Shown here piece by piece: positions 54,833 through 64,000 of a stretch of DNA of 64,000 nt. The stretch is taken from positions 41,044,001 to 41,108,000 of the forward strand of contig OX597817.1 in the NCBI GenBank assembly GCA_951406725.2, read 5' to 3'. Numbering within the stretch: position 1 is the first letter of the stretch; each line of letters starts with the position of its first letter. A model generated the notes under the pieces. It made no database searches. It saw only the letters and a program-made list of their open reading frames with translations, and was not told where the DNA came from. The position numbers were made by a program, and so were the translations under genes. The stretch is from Octopus vulgaris (taxonomy: Eukaryota).

Positions 54833-56271
54833 TTGAAAGGAAAAATACAAACAATAAAATGTGATTTCATTCCCTTTTCTTTCTATTAAGTGTTGCTAAT
54901 AAAAAACTATGAAAAAGCAATGCTTAAATTCCTCCCTGCTACTCAGTCCAACACTTGATAAATGCTGCAACTGTTATAGATTCCTTGCCGGTATCCACTC
55001 CTTCTTTTGGGAACTATCATGAAACCAGTAACATATTATAAATCTGTACTCTCCTCTTTCAGAGTTATCAAAGCAAAAAGGAAATATGTGAAAATAAGAA
55101 CTTACACAACAAAATATTGGGAACAACCATTGATATCTCCTCATAACTTATATCTTCACATTAAATAATGGCAAATAACTGTCACAGGGTTGTGTTTTCA
55201 ACAAACCCTTTACAGTATATCAAAATACAAGTAAAAGCTGATGACCATACAAACTAATCATTTTGAGAAGATAATTAAAACACTTTTTAGTGTTTGCATA
55301 TCAAATAATATACAGCTATTTTTTTATCAGCCGATATACAAGTATATATAATATACAAGTATTTTTGTATATTATTTTTGGGGAAAATAGGATATTCAAA
55401 TTCCAAGTATTCTAGATTTAATTTGTATTTTTTTGAGCGTTCATAATTTCTGTTGAACAATATTAGTATCAGTTTTAGATAAAGCAGATAAAAAGTTCCG
55501 TGGGAAAGGAAGAAATTTATCCTGATATTTTTAAGAACTAAGAATAAAAGATCACAAAATGAACTTAGAAACCAGTCACAAATCTTCAGTAATTTAGTAA
55601 TAATATAGAAAAAATTTATCCCTTTATTGGAGAAAAAAAAATGTTCCAAACTAGTATGGTCAAAAAGAGACTTATTTTTGAGTTGACTGTTCAACTAATC
55701 AACTATCATTGAATTCCTTTTCAGTGAAAACACACAGAGAAGAGAATATATTATTCATCACAGCTGAGATATAACAAAACAACTTTCTACTTTACAACTG
55801 AAATCACAATATTCAGTGGGACAAGCTTATTGCGAAATTGGCTGCAGAAAATTGGGCCGATCTGAATTTAGTGATAAATTTGTGAACGAAGCTTTATAAT
55901 GTGTTTTTGTAGGAGACTAATTAAATAAATCAAAGACATAGAGATCAATCAAGATCAAATCATTGGGTGGAATGACTTTCAGTAACTGAATCGCAGCATA
56001 AATAAATAAAAAACCCTAGGAAACCATTATTTCAAAAGCTATCAGAAAAGTTGTAATGGAAAAAAAATTGGTAAAACTTGCTAAATATATTTGATAAGGT
56101 TCACTGACTTGTATTAGTGTAAAGTTAACTTTGAGATGGCACCATAAGTTATTGGAAGATGATAAAAGAAATTTCTTATTAAGACATTTTGTTCTTTGAT
56201 TGCTTAGAGGTTTGGAAATATTTTTGTTTCATTTGAGTAAATCATCTTTCCGATAGCATCACCTTTATTCT

Positions 56272-56498
56272 TTAACCCATTTAACACCAACCCACTCAAG
56301 AACATCCATGGTTCTATCATACACATTTCCAGTTTTTAAGTGATATAAATTAAAACCTTCCATCCAAATTTCGGGTTAATTTACATTCCAAACACCGTCT
56401 TAATAATGACAAACTTATTTTACTAAATTCTTCAGTTTTCAAAATTAATTGAAATAAAGGTGGCATATTCCAACAGAAATATGGTAAAAAATTGTTAA
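56272..56498. mobile_element. Decayed copy of the piggyBac-type MITE family
   Basis: Starts ttaaccc, ends gttaa; internal similarity (caacc...aaaaccttcca...ttattttactaaattctt) to 45103-45320. Confidence 0.65.
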
Positions 56499-57726
56499 GA
56501 TTCATATAAAAAAAAATTGAATAAGGTTTTTTCTTAGCTTTGCAAAGCTAATACAGCTATTTTAATCATCACAGTGTAGCTACAAGTCTTCTCTGATCAA
56601 GGTGACCTGTGACATATAGATCGTCGGTCAAATAAGAAGGTATGATATGCATATATATAGCACCTGATATGTGATACTTCGTTCTTGGGGAGAGAAAATG
56701 CTATCCAAAATAAACATTGATAGCCTAGGATGAACCTATACACATACATATATACACACTGCATAGAAAGCATCGGATTTAATTTTGTTCCATTGAAAAG
56801 GTAATCTCAAAATGTCAGCTCTTTTCGCTTTCCTTCAAATGGTCAATTTATCTTCTTTCACTTTCCTATTAATAAAATGTTTATTCTGTGTCTTCTAAAC
56901 TGAGTATACCAATACAGAACCTGTGTTGTGAATAGAAAGTGTGTTTTACCAAGCAATGGCTAAGGATGAAATTATCCCAGTAAGGAAACTTAAACAACAA
57001 AAAATGGTTGAAATTCATAAACTAACATTTCCACTTACACACATAATGTCAAGATAACAATTTTCTCCCTAAATTTAAATGGATTGAAATTTATCATGAT
57101 GATAATGATAATGATGAGTATCATTGTCTTGGTTAGCATCATCATTATTACTATTGTCATGATGATTATTGCAAGCAATATGTATCAGTTTTAAATCATG
57201 GAAATGCCTAGAAAACAGCTTCTCTCCATATCCTGTTACTTAACTTATTCCTAAGAACACATCAAGTCAATAAAGCTTTATATATATACATATATCAAAC
57301 TGTCTAACTCCTTCTAGCGTGGGTCTGACAAATTGAGATGGAAATAGGATTTTTCATGGTTGGATGCTCTTCCTGTTGCCAACAATTACCTGTATTGCAA
57401 GTAAGGGATTTTCCATTTAAGAAAAATTCCAAAGCACAGAGCTTGGGGATGATTTATTGATAAGAAATGTCAGCAACACCAGTTGCAGATCAGCTACAAA
57501 CACTCATGTTACCTTTGTAACCACAGTTCAGCACAGATTATAAACAAACAAACACACACACACACACTGGGTTTCTAACAGTTTCTATTAAATTTCTTCT
57601 TAAGGCATCAGTAAGCCTGAAGCTATGGTGGGAGACGCTTGACCAAGGTGCAATGTAATGGGATTGAAGAACTAAATCTGAGGCCATGTTGTTGAGAAGC
57701 AACCAATTTCAATTTCATAGCCATGC

Positions 57727-57763
<37 letters not shown>

Positions 57764-58501
57764 GTCAACCAAAAGCTCAAAAATATTTTCCATTCTGTAT
57801 AGTTCATTTTTATGAGCAAAGAATACATAAATTCGGTTATCTCTCTCATTGCTTTGCTAAACAAACAAGCAATTCATTCAAAGAGATAGAAATTAATAAA
57901 AACACGAAGAATGACCAAAATATTTTTCACCAAAATTACTTTCATTTGAAATGTATTTTTTGTACAACTTGTCAAACCACAAGACAAGATGACACTATAT
58001 CTTTTCACTAGAAGCAGCAGCTTTGTATACATATGTCTATATATATCTTATTTGGTATATATAACCAAGACATAATGTATGTATGTATGTATGTATATTT
58101 TTCTTAGTAGAATATAAAAGCAGAAGAGTTTGTATTATATTCAGTCAGCTAGACAAATGATAACTGAAAAAATAAGACTAATAACAGTTTGGTAAAATAT
58201 GAAGTAATAATTTAATTAGGTTTATTATATATTTGCGAATTCTTCAGAGGATTTTGGTTGCATTCATCTTGAATAAAAAAAATAAATAAATACTTTTCAA
58301 TAATTGATATCACATACACTTTTTATTACTGCTCTCTCTCTCTCTCACTATGTATGTATGTGTGAGTATTATATATACATACACTCACACACACATGCAT
58401 CAAACGTACAGACATAAACACACAGAGAGTCTAGTATACTTATATGTACATAGACACACTAACATACATAAATATATTCATAACTGTGTATAGATATATA
58501 A

Positions 58502-58539
<38 letters not shown>

Positions 58540-58597
58540 CGTTTGTAGAAATACATGAATCTGGAGGAGAAGCACATTCTAAGATGTAGAGCAGTTA

Positions 58598-59021
58598 ATA
58601 TTATAGTAGAGTAGGTTGGTTTATGGGGTTACCCTGGGCTTCTTGCTCATAAGAGGTTTAGCCTTATGGCATATCTTCAGACCTTGAACACTGCTGGCCT
58701 GAGGCTGCTTTAAAATATGGAGTGGGGAAAAGCCTTATTTTTAAGGGTAAAACCCTAGATGATTAAGCTCCCTTTGCCATTGTCCATTGATCTTTGACCG
58801 TGCTGCAAGATGGCAGCACGGCCGAAGATTGATGGACAATGGCCAAGGGAGATAATCAACTAGGGTTTTTACCCTTAAAAACAAGGCTTTTCCACACTCC
58901 ATATTTTAAAGAGGTCTCAGGCTAGTAGTGTTTGAGGTCTGAAGAAATGCTGTAAGGCTAAACCCCTTATGAGTGAGAAACCTGTGGTAACCCCATAAGC
59001 CAGCCTACCCCACTATAATGT
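58598..59021. repeat. ~420-bp fold-back (arms ~205 bp, 6-nt loop), probably a palindromic MITE
   Basis: Centre cgtgctgc-aagatg-gcagcacg (58799-58820); arms align by eye along their whole length at roughly 85% identity. Confidence 0.93.
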
Positions 59022-60374
59022 ATATATGTATGCAGTTGCTGTCTGTCAAGGCTGCAGGCAACTCAGATTCTTATGATAGTTTTTCTATAGCAGAAATGGA
59101 AGGTTGGTTTGTCACTAAGTCAATCCTCTTGAAGGGCCCTTTAAACAAGACCTCAGTCCATCACAAGGTGCTGCTGCAGGTTCTCATTTTCAGTTGAGTA
59201 GACTGCCGGCTGGTTTGGGCTCAAAGGCATGGCCTAATAATTGTGATCCCAACACTAACATTTATGTCACATGCTGTTTGTGTGTGTGTGTATTGATTTG
59301 ATTTCTTTGTTGATTGAACTTTCAGGAGTTTGCTCCCTTGTTGTTTTGAAAGAAATTTTCATTTACAATGATTACTTTTCTTCCTCTTACAGTTGTAATT
59401 TCATTTGATTAAAAATTATATTTGATTCATCATATTAAGAATGACACTTGCACCTAATTATACAATGAGATATTTTTAACACCATTGACACCACCGGATT
59501 GAATGGTAGACCCAAGTGTTGAAACCATAGTGATATCAGTTTGGTAGCTGATGATGGGAATACACATTTGTGATGCTCAATTGTTAATTTCTTATATCTT
59601 AGTCTCATTATTCTACATTGCCCTTCACTCTAGTAAAGTGGAAAGGATTTGTGGATTTATAGTTTGTGGAGATCACTTATATTGGTACTGTTTGGTTTTC
59701 TCCATAGGTAGCCTAATTAGGCTTAGATAATGCTTAGTTATTTGTGCCAAGTTTTGGGAGTTTCTGTGTGTGTGTGTGTGTGCATATACACATACACACA
59801 CACACACATATATATATTGGAGGTGTACTTGCCAGGCAAATAATTTCATCTGAGACAGTATGTTGAAACTAAAACAAATACACCATGGAAGACACATATG
59901 AACCAGTCAAAAGCATACAAAAACTTCCATAAATATTTATTATCTGGTGTCAAAATTTTCATCACACTATATGTGACCTGATTGCTGACACAATTCCAAT
60001 ATATAAATATCGATATCGCTATTTGTCTATCTATCACTCTCTATATAAATACACACACACACACACACAAGCATGTACTTCAATTATTAGAATTAGTTTT
60101 CTACTCCCGCCACCCAGTCTCTCTCATGTTTTATTTCTTCACCAATGTAAAGAGTGAATGTATATCTTATAAATCATTTATAAAATAAATGATTTATAAA
60201 ACAGTAAAATTGTTTATTTAAGGCAAACAGAAGAAACAAAAGTACTGAAGATAAAATACTGCAAATATTAGATTAGAAATCTTATTGAATTCCTTCTATT
60301 ACCTACAGATGACTTCAATAATACCATGTTTCATAAAATATATATATACATATATATATATAACGATAAACATC

Positions 60375-60667
60375 ACCCTTTTCAAGCCTAGCCAGGCTCA
60401 TGGGCCCGCTTTCCATGGCGTATGTGTTCCTCTCAGCTGGACGGGAAGCCAGTCAATCACAGCGTTACTCAAGAAATAGGAAGAGAGAGTGAGAGAAAGT
60501 TGTGGCGAAAGAGTACAACAGGGGTCACCACCACCTCCTGCCGGAGCCTCGTGGAGCTTTTAGGTGTTTTCGCTCAATAAACACACACAACACCCAGTCT
60601 GGGAATTGAAACGGCGATCCTCCGACCGTTAGTCCGCTGCCTTAACCACTGGGCCATTGCACCTCCA
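60375..60667 (-). mobile_element. SINE related to family B
   Basis: Shares gagagaaagttgtggcgaaagagt and taggtgttttcgctcaataaacacacac with 42180-42478. More diverged relatives near 8155-8420 and 9985-10195. Confidence 0.75.
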
Positions 60668-62939
60668 CTACACATACATATATATATATGTGTGCATTTT
60701 CCACAGCAGTTCTACAGTATAGTCATTGTAAATTTATCTATGAAAAATTGTTTACAAAGCCAAACAAGCAGTGCCTTTTTCTTCCAGTTGTAGTAAAAAA
60801 AAGCATTTATTTTACATGTTTTCTAATGTTGATCTTCATTACATAGATCGCTATGGCAACTGGCTTCAATTTTTATTTCATTGTTGCCAGGGATCTGTTC
60901 TACAAGGTTTGATATATTGCTACCTCAGCACGAGTAACTAAATAACAACATGACAGAGAATTAAGTGAATTAATGAACATCAATGCTTCTTGTCTTTTGT
61001 ATGTGCATGTGGAGAGAGAGAGATGGAGAAAGAGAGAGAGAGAGAGAGATGGAGAAAGAGAGAGAGAGAGAGAGGGGGGAGAATGTTCTGCTTTGTGTTG
61101 GATATTCTAGCTGGTAATGTGTTAATTTGCAGCACTGTACTCATGATACAATGTAAAAGCTGTTTAAAAACAGTTTTATTTTTTAATATAAATTTCATTA
61201 CTGAAGTTTAATTGTTTTTCTGGCAATAAAACTATGCTCTCAGTACCCAATGTTTCGTCCATGGTATGACACATGTTGTACATGCAAGGGAAGGATAAAA
61301 GGTCTTTTGTTTTTCAAGCTGGGTTGAATTCTGTGCAGTAGTAGAGGAGGTCTACCAACACTAACAGAACAGGAGGAAGGCACAGGAAAGAAGGAAAATA
61401 TTCCTAAAAGTCAGCAAGAGGTGCACAAGTTTAACAAGAACAAGATTAATCCTGAAGCTTCTAGACGTTTATGACCAGAAATAATCATACAACAATATTG
61501 AACAGACAAATTTTAAACTGATATGTACAGACTGTCTGACAATGAACAACAAGAAATGAAAAATGAATACACTTAACTGTAGAACAAAGAAATACCAAAA
61601 TCTTGAAAATTTTACCAAATATACTAAACAAAAACTACTCAAAAAAGCCTCAGTCCATTACAGGAAAAAAAAACAACCCAAAATCTTATTCAGTTTTTTA
61701 AAAAAAATTTCATGGACAATCATTAATACTATTTCTAACTGCTTGGAGTGTGGTCTTTCTGTTCATCTTCTTTAATAATAGAAGCTTGAAAACCAAACTG
61801 TGATAATTAATATTAGAATTTATAAGGATTTTCTAGATAGTGTACATTTTAATAATTGCTTTCTTTTGATAAAAGTCATATACTCATAACTAAGTAATAA
61901 GCACCATTGTTTATTAAAGGATATAGTTGCTCATTCCCCACCCCCATAGTCGTCTAGTATAGGGTCTTAGACAAAACGTCAACTATTTCAATTATGGATT
62001 CAAAGTGGTAGGTTGCTACGTAGAATTCCTCTGAAAATTTGTTCCATTTCATGTCCTTCCATAAGGAAGCAAGCCTTTCTAAGTTAGCATATCTAATGAT
62101 CCCCTTCCTGATCCTTTGAAACTAAAATATATATTTGTATTGCTGGTACATCTTAAAAACTCGTAAACCAGAAATCAGAATTTTCTCCTCTTCTTTTGTG
62201 ATGAATGTGCACTATCTTTATCAATCCTGAAACCTTATATATCAGATCCTTGAATTAATAATGCCTTAAGCTGTCTTAAAACCAACAAGCAAACAATTTT
62301 CCCTCTAAACATGCATATTACCTATACAGATAAAATGATGCTGTTTCAATCCATGTTATTTTTCTAAGCAGTGATTTACCTTAATGGGGACATGTGAAAT
62401 ATACTTAATATTAAATTTGTTTCTGTAAAAAAATGTTCACTACTTGTCTACCTTCCTGATATGTTGCTACATTTCAGAGTGAGTTGATTTACCAGAAAAT
62501 TGGAGAGAAAGAGAGAACAGATCTATCCAGTCAAGACAAGAAATAATATTTGTTTGTTAATGAGGTGAAATGGTAGAGTAAGCAAGAGTGCTGGAAAGAA
62601 TGACTGCTTCATGGTACTTATGCCAACTCTCTGCCTTCCGAATTCAAATCCACCAGCATTCTGGGATTGATATTAAAAAAGTATCAATCCAACAATTAGA
62701 GGATCAGGTAAGATCTCTTGAAGTAACTGTTCTGGCACTTTGCCTTTTAACAGCAACATTTGTGACAATATTAATGTTGAGATGTATTGGTAATGGCTTT
62801 TCCTTTAGCTAAAATTAGGGGCATGAAAATGAGAAACTTGCATATATAGGTAACTGACAGCTTTCCTCAAAAAAGTGTTTTGTCCAGGCTTAATCATATA
62901 TGTGCAGTCACATGAGTAATTTTGACTGATGGAGTTCAA

Positions 62940-63400
62940 TGAACTTTGCTTGCGAAGACCTATTGAGGCAAGTGTAAACAAATCAAAATCGCTGATGTGG
63001 CCGACGACAGTACTGCCTGATTGGCTCTCGTGCCGGTGACACGTGAAAAGCACCATTCGAGCGTGATCATTGCCAGCGTCGCTTTACCGGCACATGTGCT
63101 GGTGGCATGTGAAAAACAACATTCAAGCGTGGTCATTGCCAGTGCTGCCGGGCTGGCTCCTATGCAGGTAACATGTAAAAACACCTTTTGAGTGTGGTCG
63201 TTGTCAGAACCGCCTGACTGGCCCTTGTGCCAGTGGCATGTAAAAGCACCCACTACACTCTCGGTGTGGTTAGCATTAGGAAGGGCATCTAGCTGTAGAA
63301 ACTTTGCCAGATCAGATTCAGCCTGGTGCAGCCCCTGACTCACCAGTCAAACCGTCCAACCCATGCCAGCATGGAAAGCGAACGTATGATGATGATGATA
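62940..63400 (+). mobile_element. Family E copy with internal subrepeats
   Basis: Reverse-complement similarity to 5579-6105 including the ~60-bp subrepeats; (GAT)n tail. Confidence 0.8.
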
Positions 63401-64000
63401 AATATATTATACCAATTTCAAATCTACAAGTGAGCTAATCTAAAACATATAAAATCTTAAGCTATAGGTATCATACAAAGATTGGAAACAATGGTCCTAC
63501 AGAAGGATTTTTGTAAAGAATTTATATAGTTGTGCACTAATTGATGCATTCCCGATCCACATTCTTCAAACCTAATTAATGCAACTATCTGAGTTGACCG
63601 GATAAAGGGCTTTAAGAATTTTATAATATCTTTCTTGAATTATAAAAAGAAAAACTGATTATTTTAGTTGGAGAAATAGACAGGTTTTAAGGAGATGGAG
63701 TTACAAATTTTGTCAAAAACTATTTTAGAAAACATATAGGAAAAGAATTTATCGAGGAATAAGTTTTACATAGCTGTCATACATCAATTCCATTAATGTT
63801 TTTTTATAGTCCTGTTCTTTTTCTGTCTTGCAAGTTACTTGGCAACCTCACTAGTGCTAATGGCACAAAAGAAAAAAGTATCCAGTACACCCTTTAAAGT
63901 GGTTGATATTAAGAAGGGTATCCAGTCATAGAAACCATGCCAAAGCTAACACTGGAGCTCAATGCAGCCCTGTGGAACCATCCAACCCATGTCAGCATGG

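Noticed and set aside
62452-62466. 15-nt possible micro-exon on the minus strand
   Set aside because: Weak donor (GTAGAC) and the pyrimidine tract is far from the AG; indistinguishable from chance.

Overview
AT-rich animal genomic DNA. The repeat families and microsatellite style point to a coleoid cephalopod, most likely Octopus (inference, no search run). The window holds the 3' part of one minus-strand gene whose product ends in a CAP-Gly domain after a long Ser-rich disordered region, best matching kinesin-3 KIF13A/B (Khc-73). Phase-consistent exons: 41616-41734, 13617-14985, 5294-5506 and 4026-4378; the last intron is GC-AG. Two further frame-preserving small exon candidates lie upstream: 53114-53161 (48 nt, open) and 54260-54328 (69 nt, in-frame TGA just before the donor). 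A ~26.6-kb intron contains a 1.2-kb (TA)n tract, a G-rich 157-bp array and a ~20-kb array of ~52 near-identical 391-bp units, all apparently nested in the internal TA tract of one SINE. Other intronic elements include a type I hammerhead ribozyme motif (12260-12424), a ~420-bp fold-back, a deleted piggyBac and its MITEs, RLE-type and CR1-like LINE relics, and several SINE families. Most ORFs in the supplied track are spurious.
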